Assembly: GCA_973895155.1 (NCBI GenBank)
Contig: OZ316894.1
Coordinates: forward strand, 5,870,268 to 5,934,267
Direction: 5' to 3'
Source of the DNA: Marsupella aquatica
Taxonomy: Eukaryota; Plantae; Marchantiophyta
Length of the DNA stretch: 64,000 nt
The position numbers and the translations under genes are program-made. The notes under the pieces were generated by a model. The model saw nothing but the letters and a program-made list of their open reading frames with translations. It made no database searches and had not been told where the DNA came from. Below, one piece after another: positions 1 to 11,619 of this stretch (within the stretch, counting starts at the first letter, position 1; each line of letters starts with the position of its first letter).

Positions 1-1129
1 AGGTCTACACAAGTGAATCCCCGAAGACGACGTATTCACTTTGAGAAAGCTGCACTGCTGAAAGGTTTTGCGCACCAACAGTAGTAACATTTATATAGGA
101 ATTTAACATTTGCTGTTATAAATGAATAAAACACTTCGATCTACGACTTTTCAAGACCAAACGAAGTCATTTCCTGTAAAATAAATCCGCCAGTGAAGTC
201 ATCAATAATTATGCTCTGCATCAATGCTACATGACGCCGAGGACAGCAAAGACAGTCAAAAACTTCCAAGAGATGTGGCTTCTACAAATTCAACTCTTTC
301 TAAGTACAGGCCACCCACATGTTGTGATACATGACTGGTGACTCTTTATCAACTCACTACGATTTTTTTAGTCCCACTGCGCATTTGGGTACCCGTGTAT
401 TTCATTTGCTTCATTCCTTTCTGTGAGCTTGATATCTTTCTTAGGAAATTGAGCACATCTTGTGACAGAGGTTCCCAGGGTAGAAGAATGGAGTAAAGGT
501 CTGCAGTAACATACCTACAACCTGGGTCGTCGTAAAAGCGAATTATGCTCGTTGTGCTTTCCACAGCCTGGGGGGTGCCACCGGGTTAGGAGACACAGGA
601 AACAAGCCCCTCCGCAATTTACCCCTTATGTGCGCAGTCGATTGAGTGCCCAACTCCATTCCTGACCGAATTTTCTGCCAATACAGCCTTCTACTCTTGC
701 CCTAGAGGATCAAAGACTTGGGCAACTCGATACTATTTGGTCACCTTGACTTAAAGATTTGCATGGATCAAGGCTGGGCAAATCCCAAAACAGCGACTAA
801 ATTGTACAAACCACGTCTCAAATGACGCTATAGATGGGAACGCACCATGGCAGGGGTACCATACTTGCCACTACCTGGTGATCATCCCACCCTATACCCC
901 CTTCAGACAATTTAATTTGGCTCAGTAGACCTTGGTTTTGGGGCAAAGATACTATTTCTAATTGACTTGTGGCCACCTAGAAGAGTCATTAAATGGGTCA
1001 GTCAATCAGTGCCCCTTCTAAACATCAATAGCAAATGACCTAAAGTTGAGGCCCCGCCCCCCAACCTTCACCGTTTTACAACACTTTTCTAGGAAAAAAA
1101 TGGCTCCCGAAGACAACATGCTTTCTCAC

Positions 1130-1370
1130 AGGTCACAGATAGACCATAAAATACTACAAGAAGCTTTCAGAAAGGAGCATCTTGGTAGATTTTCCAACCC
1201 TATCTGACCTTCATGGCTTTTTGAACAGAGCCCAAGATAAGAATGTAACCTGATACTTCCAGACATAATGGGTCAGGAGTTCCGAGATACTGCTGGACCC
1301 AAAAAAAGTATCACCGACGACAATCTACCTCTTTGGGTGCGCCAAAGCAAAACTGTCTAGACACAATCCT
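1130..1370 (-). mobile_element. Possible degenerate L1-type LINE remnant (zf-RVT region)
   Basis: Minus-strand peptides VLLWRTQRGRLSS (~1315-1355) and CSILWSI (~1140-1160) resemble the FxWRxxxGRLxT and ILWxIW motifs at the end of plant LINE ORF2; no intact ORF. Confidence 0.3.
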
Positions 1371-1671
1371 TCGTCATTGTCATCAAATTAAACATTGACG
1401 TTAACAATAACAGGGATCCATGAATTGGCAAGGGGTATGGGAGAATTTGAGTAAATTATCGTGCCTCTCATGGAAGAGACCTTTAGAACAATATTGCTGA
1501 TGAGAACTAATGGAACTAGCAGCTTCCGTGGATTACGAAATGAGGTATTCTCATGAATAAATCCATGAGAAAGGCAAAAGGCCGTACAGAAAGCTCTCAG
1601 TCAGCCCTTTAATGAGATACGCAGACTTTCGCAGTATGTACAATCTGCATCCATGAAGAAAAGTTACTAGG

Positions 1672-4600
1672 CTAGCCGCGGCTTCCTGAGGAAGCCACTG
1701 ATCGGATAGCATCTGCCAGAGCGACAAAAGCTTGGCAGTAACCAAATGCAATCCTTTCATTCGATTCTAACGTTCTCTCTAACCTTTGCACATCGGCGTC
1801 AATGGACTTTTCTAATCTCCTGTCCTTTCGGTCCTCACACTCCAACATGATTTTTTGTGTTGCAAGCCTGCTCTGCTCCATTATTGCAACCAGTGATTCG
1901 TGGCTTGTAAGCATAGATTTCCTCTTTCTCCGATATCTAGAGTCCTTGAGGGTAACGCCAACTGGTTCACTCTCTCCTTCGTCCGCATCTGAGAAATCCT
2001 CATTGCTACCCGCCCTGCCAGATCCTGTAGGACGCACAAGGACATCACTTTTTAGATACAATGCTAGGCACAAACCGGTAAGTAGAGTTGTCCCAGAGAG
2101 AATAACTAAAAGTACTAAATATACTGCAGTACTAGCTACAGAGATAAGAGCCGATCTCCAGGACATTTCGCACAAAAGGATCCGATCATAACAAGAAAGG
2201 GACCCAATAAACCCCCGGGACCACAGACACATTTCTAGTTTAAGATCAAGACACAAATGCAGAATCGCTTGCTGCTATTTCCCCTGTGCAATTTATCCGC
2301 AACTCAAATTGTCTCTTTGCGTTCCAGGGTCTGCTCATGTCGTCTAGAGGCTTGTATACCAACTACACTCTCGAGGCAAGCAGATGTATACGTTTTAGTC
2401 TTTCTTGCAGTACTGCACTTAGGGTATGGCCGTTTAACCAGGTGCCCAGTACTTCACTATTAACCATGTTAAACCCTTCAATTGTAGGGATTAAGCATAT
2501 GCACCGTTCCACAGTAACCTAGCAGCATGATCAACTCATCCACAAACTTAGAGAGAGATGGGAAAAAGGACAAAAAGAACAATGAATTGCCTTCTTGTTG
2601 CGGTGCCGCTAGGTCGTTATTGATGTTTCCAGCACTTTCTATCCTTTCTTTTGTATACCACTTGGTCATGGCATTGAAAACTTCCCTCCAAAATGCAGGA
2701 GGCAGTCGCTTGGCCGTTCTCTCGTCTGCTGTCAGCACCCAATAAGAATGTTCCCCATCTGAGACGAGCCTTTCATAATTGTATATCTTCTTGAATTCTA
2801 CACTCATCTTTTCCCACCATTCCTTGCACTGCTGACCACTACGATAAACGTTTTGGGCCCAACAGAAGTCCTCTACTGCTTGCCATGTCTCTGCTTCTGC
2901 ACTCGATTGCTTCTCCTTAACTCGCCTCTCCTGCTTGCCCGCTTGCAAAACCATGCACTCTTGTAATGTCCAATTTGTCTTTCTGTACTCCCTCTCATGC
3001 CTCCCGAGGCCTCCCTCAAGCACAACATCAGCGTCATTTTTTCTTTCAGAATCCATCACTGGTGCAGCACTCCCTGGGTCACTGCCCTCGTTGTCCGTGC
3101 CAAAGAAATCCTCATTATTACCTGAAACTGTTCACGTGAAAAACATATCATTTCAAATCAATGTGTAAAGCAGAATTATCACCAAATCAAGATGAACTTT
3201 CACTAAAAACCACGAATAGAAACTTTCTTGTGAAATACCAACTAGTTCAACTTGTAATGCCAACAACGTGACAGACATGACCATGTACTCCAGGGCAACT
3301 ATGGAACTGTGACATATTGTAAAATGGAACCAACAAAGCCTGGACATCAAAGCATAGGCAGGTCTGCCTGAAGTACCTTCGCGAGAAGCGTGCCGGGAAG
3401 CTTCATGAACAACAACTCGAAGGTCACTATTCCTATTTTTCCCAAACCACTCACTCATAGCTGTGTAAACTTCCACCCAAAATGTTGAGGGCAACCTTTT
3501 GCTCTTCTTCATCTCTGGTGTCATAATCCAATATGTTTGTTGTGGATCTGAGATCTGCTTTTCATAGTCCAATATCTTCTTGAAGTCCGAGCTCAACTTA
3601 TCCCACCTATCCCTACATTGCTGACCACTCCTATGTACGCCATGTGTCCAGCAATAATCCTCCACAACTTGCCACCTTTCCACTGCTGAGAGGTGCCTTT
3701 CCTTCGGACCGCTACCATACTGTCTCTCCAGGTCCTCTCTCTTCGCTGCCTGCAGCACAATAGATTCCGGCAAAGTCCAATTCGTCCTCCTGTAGTCCCT
3801 TCCACTAGTACCACCATTCCGGTCACTCATCAATACATCACCTTCGCTATTTCTTTTCTTGCCAGAACTAGAGTCAAACATCGGTTCAATTGCAGGCTCA
3901 TCACTTTCACCTTCCTCAGAACCAGAATAATTCCCGTTGCTGCCCGCTTTGCCTGAAGCTTCTGCGCAGTATAAGACAACAATGGCATGTGTTACTATTG
4001 AGGTCAGAACCACCCTCCTGTCTCCTCTACCTCGCGCTATTCCGACCAGACAGTAGACATGTCAAAAGTAAACAAAACCTTTTGCGAAGACCAATGTCGG
4101 AGTGACATGAGAGCAAATACAAAAAGTAACAGCTTGTTCAAACATTTTGAGCGACTACTAAGAACTGTAGGGAACGAGTAATAGAGAAGAGCACTAGAGA
4201 AATCATTATATTCGAACCGCTGGAAAGAGTATAAAGCTCCTTCGGTAAGGATTGTAGATATTCAACGTTTGTAGTGGCAGTAACGAATACCGATATTCCA
4301 AGCAGTGTATGTCGTGTTAGCAATGAATGTCCTTATTCCAAGGTATGTATGTAGTGAAATGCTCTTCGCACCATTGCTCTCAGTCTGCTGAACCTCATCT
4401 CCTACTCAAGATGGACGGTTTCATATATTTCTCTATACAGCCACAATCTAAAAATCCAACAACCCTTCATTTTGATCATTTTTGACATCTCACTTTGTAG
4501 TAAAAGATCAAACCTATTCGCAGTAGGGGTGATTAAGGGTAATACAGTGTCCTTCAGTTAGGAAGCCTGGATTTTGCCTAGGGTTTCGACCGTAGTAGCA

Positions 4601-5851
4601 GCAGCTGTAAATGCGTCTACTGTAGGCTCCCGACATTCTCAGTGACAGCTTGGGCTGACCTTTCTAGAGAGATTGATGCCAAAGGACTTATTTATAGCGT
4701 ATTGGGGCCATGCCATGCTGTCCCCTACAATCTGCAGTGGCAAACTTCACTATTATTGGCTCTTAAAGTCCTCGGAGTGCACGAACTTTAGGACATTTAA
4801 GAGTCTCCAGTTATCTCTGATATGTTTTCCATATATTAGCACATGCCCTCCTTTTCAAAAGGGTCATGATCGCATACTAGGAAGAGTTTCTTAACAACAA
4901 TAACTTGGAACATAGTGTAGCCTAAAGCAGAAACCACAACAGCATGGAAAGGCAACGTTGAAAACTCTGAAATTCAAGAGTAATAAGAAGAGCAGTGAAG
5001 AAATGACCCCAAAATGACAAAAACAACAAACAATCATGCGAGGGGTTTCAGGATGGATAAAAGTACTTGCCTTCCCGCTCCCGGAGAAGAGATCCTAAGT
5101 TGTCGTGAGTCCCATTTGCAGGTTGGATCTTACCACCGCCTACTCTGCCTACTCCAACTTGAATCCCTGCAGCTACCGGAGTTCCTCCCCCTGACCCTCC
5201 AGCAGCTCCAACTGATACTCCACCTCCACCTCTCCCAAACCACTGAGCTAAGCCCTTGTAAACCTCCAAGAAAAATGTGCTCGGCAGCCTCTTGGCCTTC
5301 TTTTCCTCCAGCGTCATCTGCCAGAAGTTGGTCTGTCCAGTGGTCGCATGCCTCTCGTAGTCGAAAACCTTCTTAAAATCGGTGCTCATCTTTTCCCACC
5401 GATCCTTACATTGCTGCCCACTTCGGTGCACTTTATGTGCCCAGCAGAAATCTTCCACCGCCAGCCACCGCTCTGCTGCAGTTCTGTGCTTCTCCTTAGC
5501 ACCTCCATTGGTCTGCCTCTCGTAATCCTCCCTCTTGGCCTCTTGCAGAACCAAGCATTCTCCCACTATCCAATTCGTCCTCCTGAACTCCCTTCTGCTT
5601 CTTCCACCACCTCCCGCTTCACCTCCTCCCCCTCCCCCTCCCCCTCCGATAGACCCTCCTCCTCCCCCTGCTCTTAAGCCACCACCACTAATGTCAGTTC
5701 CCAAAAACAGGGTGTACCCCTGTTGATGTGGATGTTGCTGATGATGCAGATGGTTATGATGGCCGTTGCCGTTCCGGTTGCTGCCATGGTGCTGAGACTC
5801 TGCAGTCGACCCATTGACATCTGGTGGTGCCATCCTTCCATTGACGTCCAT
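1672..5851 (-). CDS. Trihelix transcription factor (SH4/ASR3-like clade) with three tandem Myb/SANT-like trihelix domains and a C-terminal coiled coil, ~751 aa
   Basis: Model complement(join(1672..2024,2591..3127,3377..3961,5071..5851)); 781+585+537+353=2256 nt, all introns phase 1. Exons 1-3 each encode R(R/K)TNWxxxExxVLQxxK...W..VED(F/Y)CW...V(H/Y)RSGQQC..xW.K.S..FKK...YE....W.....K.KRLP..F..EV; exon 4 is a charged helical tail. In-frame TAG upstream of ATG 5851. Confidence 0.9.
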
Positions 5852-8800
5852 GATCAATGCCTCCCTCGGATTTTTCTTCGACCTCCCTGCTGTCCCCGAC
5901 CTCGTCCTGCCTGCCTACTCATTCATGACCCATATCGCCCTACATCCTAGCCCATTGCATTCCTGCGTCTCTGCTTCTTCCTTTCTCCTACTCGCTCCTG
6001 GATCCCTCCTTCCTTTCCGTCTAGTCACTCACTCGCTCATTCACTGCTTCACAAGATGACCTCACATGGTCGCCTGCCCCACTCCCAATTCACCCCTTTC
6101 TCCTCTACCTTCGCTCCTCCTGCTACACTCTAATGAACTCGTATCACCCACTTCATTTACAAATGCAATCAATCACTAGGCTGCCCTTGCTCAACAAAAG
6201 GTGAATTCTTCAGAGTAAACCACCAAGACTTATTTTCAGGCCAACAAACTCCACTGAATGTATAAGGAAATTCTTGCTTGGTTGGGACTTTTCACTGGAG
6301 TCATTCCACCGGAAGTCTGTAGCGGAGAGCTACACTTCAGCAATGCAAATGGATCTGCCCTCAGCTCACATTTCCTTCTGCTGAAGTCACCATCCCCACT
6401 CCTACAGGTATTATGAGGGTTTAGAGTTACTTTTGAGCGTCTGGGACAGGAAAAGTTTTCTCCTCCTATTGTTGACAATGATGCAGGAGTAGCGACTTCA
6501 CAAATGTGCAGAACAGAATAGAACAGACATGTATTTTTTTTGAAATATCTCATCACAATCCTATCTGCCTCTGCCTCTGCCTCTGCCTCAGCACTCTCAT
6601 GTTTCACGTAGGGCCGACTCTGGACGGCTTCTTCGGTTCTGGGACTGCTCCCTTCGACCTACGAGAAGTGCATTGCGGCTGTTTGGGAAGTGCCAGTCTC
6701 AAAATGACGTGCACCCTTTTTCCATTCATATTGGAGAATCTGCCAAGATTTGAGAATTGTTTTGGCTCGTAGTTCAAAACTCTGGTGGCCCTTCATTGTA
6801 GCACTGAACTGGTGCTGTTGCTCGGCCCGTGATGTTCCCTCTTGTGATCCTCCAGCTGGCCTTGATTACTTCTACTCTACACACGTCTCATGAGTGTCTC
6901 CCTCCTCCTTCCTGTCGTGCAAGCAACTTTGCTTAGCGCACCACCACAACGCTGATACATGACTTGCTAGGCTGCAAGTTCACCAAATTGTATACCATTG
7001 CCTATTACAATTCTCAAGATGAATGGTGGATGACAAATTCTCTCGACCCGTTTAATTTAGCCTGACAGATCAAAAAGACCTCGATTTCCAAGCGTCATGT
7101 CATAATTTTGTGTTCTTCTCTATCAAATTGAAAGGAGATTCTAGATTTTCTCGTAGAAAGCAAAACAAGATCAGCACCGCCCCGCAAATTTTTCCGCGGC
7201 ACGATTGTTGCAAGTAAACACAAACTTCAACAATTTCACACTAGTTAGCGACGATCATTTGGTATTGCATACGTTCTTTTCAGTCTGCACTACTAATGAA
7301 AATTTTCCGGAAAGTGGTATCTTTCTACGGGACGAAGTGACTCTACAAGAGATTTTGTGTCAAGGGTTTGGCAGGCATTTACCACGCAAATGCACAATCA
7401 CATGATGAATTCCAGAATAATAAGGCGACACCCTCTTTCCTGCCGTTACGGTGGAATCCCAGCACTTCGACGCATGCCCATCAGCAAACTTATTGACAGA
7501 GTCATGAAGAGCGTAAAGAAGTTCGGTGGGTCTTGGTCGAATTGCTTCTAGAACTTGCTGACCAGTGCACGGTCACACCTCCACCATTTCAAAAGAAGTC
7601 AAACTGAATATAAAATGTCGGCAAAGTCCACCATTTTGTCGCCCACGATATGTTCATCATCGAGAATTCATTCCCCTGCCCTCACAGACGGTGGTGGCTT
7701 GCCGCTGATGAATTCGCCATTCCACGAATTCCCGGGTCCCACCGTTGAAGCTCGCAATAATGTACTGTAGACTGGGAACGCCAAGGGGTAAGGGCGACCC
7801 CCTTTCATGCCGTCAATGGCAGTTTTTACATTCCGTCTAGCATCTCTCTATCCCCCACTCTCCCTTATCAACTGGTGACTTACTCCCGCCTTGCAACTTC
7901 ACAATCCGGGGCTGAATCTGACTGCAAACGCAGGCAGCCAAATAATGTGTTGCGCTTTTTAAAACAGAAGAGTTCGACATCCGTACGATTTGAGTAGCAT
8001 ACATAAGTCTCTATAGACGGGAACAAGTCCCAGCAAGGAAATTGGGTCTTCGCAGGTGGAAATAAGATGCTATCTACTGTAGCTAACGTGTGTTACGTAC
8101 ATCAGCATGACAGGAATCTGTCGGAATTCGAGCTAAGCATCCTACAAAACATGGACTCTGGAATGGAAAAGGGTAGATTCTGTCATTTATTTTTCCAGGT
8201 CTTCATAAACCCTATATTGGATGTATACACAAATTACAGATCAACGCGGCGAACAGAAAATCTACCACCTAAAGTAGTGCTGCTTACTTCAATGCTGAGC
8301 TCTTTCCTGAAAGTATCAAAACACTTTTGGGCAACGCTCAAAATATAATATGGTATAATCTCTGACCATCTCGAACTGTACGTAGCAGACTGATTACGAG
8401 TTTATCTCACCTGTAAAAAGAAGGCAACTCAAACTGCTGTGGATGAAAAGTTTTCAGCAGTTTCTGAATTCGTTCTGCAACCCATTCAATTCTACGCTAA
8501 CCCAGCGGACGTTGGAGCTGTCTCCTTCTGGATTAGGGCAATTCCTCCTGCCATACACCTCCCTCCAACCTCCCGTCTTTCGCTATTGCTTAACTCGGAC
8601 CCTCCTGCTCGCCAGAAACTCGGCTTCATCAGCCATCAGTCAAACAATTCAAACATCCAGCATCCTACTCAAACCCTCAATTCCTCCGGATTGCTCCTTC
8701 TCAATCAAAATTCTTCCAATGAACTCAGCAGACTGCCTTCAGGAGAATTATCCTCCCCACTTTCACTTTCCCCTTCCAGCCAACCAACCGACCAATCAAT

Positions 8801-11139
8801 CAATCAATCAATCAGTCAATTGTCAACGACAGAGCTGCAGTCTGGTGCTACTGTAGCCTACTCTTCTCCATGTCCTTTCTTCTCCCCTTTCCCTCCCTCC
8901 CTTCAATGCTCCTTTTCGGAATCGATCAACCTATCAGAAGGCTCCTGATGCTCGCTAGCTACAATACTGCTGCGTATCCCAAGGCAGATCATCTGTTCTC
9001 CAACTTTGCATGAAAGCCATCTTGGGCGGAGGAACACATCTGCTCCAAATATCATTCTGTCGACAAGCCTACTGCTCACACCTACAGTGCATAATCCGTA
9101 GGGTACAGGACTCTACTCTGCATAACCTTGCTTTGCTTGCTCTCTCCCGTTCTGCTCTCCTTATCACGCCTCATCTCAAACCAAACTCGAGCGTGCCTCC
9201 ATGCGCACAAACTCCAACCATGCCTCCAGCGCCAACCATCCTCGGAGATTTTCTGCACTGCCAAAGAGGAATGTCTGTGGGCAATCAGGGTCTTGAATCA
9301 GGCAGGCACAGTACAATTAATCCGAGCTCTCACTCTCTCGGTTCAATGAGAAGAGAGGCACTGTACAATTAAATCTTAGCTCAGAGTTAGTGCACACAGA
9401 GAGAGAGAGCGAGAGAGAGAGAAAAGCTTAGTGGAAGGTCAACTGCAATTACGTTCCTAGAAATGTAACAATAGTGAGACACACTACAAAAAGCTCAGCT
9501 GGCAAAATGCGATGGAATTGTTTCGGATTCCACAAAAGGAAATTTGTGGCTGGGATGCAACCATGCCTTTAGCTATGTCAGCGAAAAGCGTTGTTTTTGG
9601 GGGACGCTTCAGAGCTGGTCATGTCTCTCAAAGAATCAGGATCCATATCTTGGGGCTTGGCCATTTTGGGTGCTAGTGTAAACCCTGTCACACTAGGTTT
9701 GTTTTCAGACAGCCCTTAGGCACAGCTAATTAAGGCACAGGTTGTGTCATTTGCTGACAACACTACTAGGGACCCCACTACTAGGGACCCCTTTATTTAT
9801 AGGACAATGCAGGTATGGTCTGGGTTGGTCTTGGGTTACTAGAATGTGACCAGAAAATGGAGGAAAAGTGGTTGGGGGAGTTGGGAGTGGGAAGGTTTTC
9901 TGAGCTTTCTTGGAACAAGCTAGAACCCCTGCCCAAACATGCATAGTACATAATTTTTGTCCAGAAAAAGGTTACTTCCGGGCCACAGATTTTGGGAATA
10001 ACAAGGGCCTCCAGAAATGTTTACATGCCGGTAACTTGCCTTCCTGACAGAATTTACGGAATTTACAAAACCTCCACCCCGTTTGTCAGCCCAAATCCCT
10101 TCACACTATGAAATCTTACCCATCCAAAATGCTCAGATGGCAAAAGCTTGTTTTATAGAACCTCAAGAGCACTCCCACCCGTCCACTATCAGGCCCAGCC
10201 AAGAGCAAGTATAGAAGCCCCAGCTTTTTAACCCCTACCGTGCCCCGGTCTGTATAGCCCAATACCCAAGGCCTGCACTCCACCAGCTAGTGCGACACAA
10301 CTCTCCAGACCAATTGATTATTGAAAGCAGCCCTCTCACTTTCAATTGAACATCTCTGCAGCTGCTCTAGCACGTGCACTCGACATCCAAAGTGCTGGCA
10401 ATGTGAAAGGAAGGATGGGTGGAGAAGCTCATTTGCACCCTTCACAAACCCAGATGCACAGGTACCTCACCGGCTTGCTAACCTCGTCGATGGCGGGGCT
10501 GTTTGGTGTGCATCCGTAGGAGTCCTCCAAGCTGTGATCTCTGCCTTTTGTTGCTCTTTTCTAATTAGGCAAAGTTAGGAAGGTTTTATGGACCTTAAGC
10601 CCAAACCCAGACTTAGAGCTTGTGAAGTTTGCTGCCAATATCAGTGTGGGCTAACACATTATAAATGGTAGCATGCATAGCACAAACACCTCCTGCTAAC
10701 TCAACAGAAACTAACACACAAATCTTAAGCAGGTTGATTGGCCAGTGCACTTCTACAGTTTCTGACCATGCTTACTAAGTAACCCTCTTTGTAGTCTTCC
10801 TCAACCTGGTCTTCCTTGTACAATAGATAAAGCATTGCCAGACCCATCACCCATCCTTTTCATCTCTAATCATCAAACTTCTAATCATCAAACTTGGAGA
10901 CATAAATTGCAATTTTATATATAAAGCTCGAAGGGAAGCTAGAGTTGAGGTCTAGGCTTCTAAAGTGAAGCCTCTAGACCATGACTCTAGGGCCCCACCA
11001 TAATATATGTGCATAGAAAGGAGGATATTATGAGATGTGTGATTGTTAAAATGATGGGCCAGATAGTTTTTTCTATCATTTCATTAACCTTCATTTTTAG
11101 TAAATATATCTTTTTGACACTTTTATTTACTCTCCTCTA

Positions 11140-11345
11140 GTACTCTCCTCTATTCACATTCAAAGAAGGGTAGTTGGGGCTAGTGAGAAATTAGTACTCT
11201 CCTCTATTCACATTCAAATAAGGGGTAGTGTTGGGGCTAGTGCGAAATTAGTGCTCTCAAAGAAGGGGTAGTTGGGGGTAGTGAGAATGTAAAATTTACT
11301 CTCTTCACATTAAAGAAGGGTAGTTGGGGCTAGTGAGAATTTAAA
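11140..11345. repeat. Degenerate tandem repeat (AAGGGTAGTTGGGGCTAGTGAGAA core, ~4 copies)
   Basis: Core recurs near 11165, 11220, 11265 and 11315, interleaved with CTCTCCTCTATTCACATT copies. Confidence 0.75.
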
Positions 11346-11619
11346 ACCTCCGCATGGAGGAATAAATAGATAATGAAGTGAACACATGACCCTAAAGGAA
11401 AGCACTATGTGTATTTGGACGGATTTACTTCGGTACGAGGTTCCTTCGACGAGTTTCCTTCGACAGTAGAAATTTCGGGCAAGCACAATCATGATAGCGC
11501 TTTCCGGATGGGTGTCGAGAATTCGATGCACCGAATCCGATGCACCCATCTAATGAAAAGCGCTTCTGGGATTTCCCCACATTGAGAAAATTGATGAGCG
11601 AATCGTGAAGATTGGCAAC

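Noticed and set aside
1672-5857. Three or four separate trihelix genes, as the ORF track suggests
   Set aside because: The ORFs join through phase-consistent splice sites, their termini read as intron sequence, and only the last exon supplies the coiled-coil C-terminus.
8439-8948. 169-aa Ser/Pro-rich plus-strand ORF
   Set aside because: GTG start, low complexity caused by a pyrimidine-rich strand and (CAAT)n repeats, no recognisable motif.
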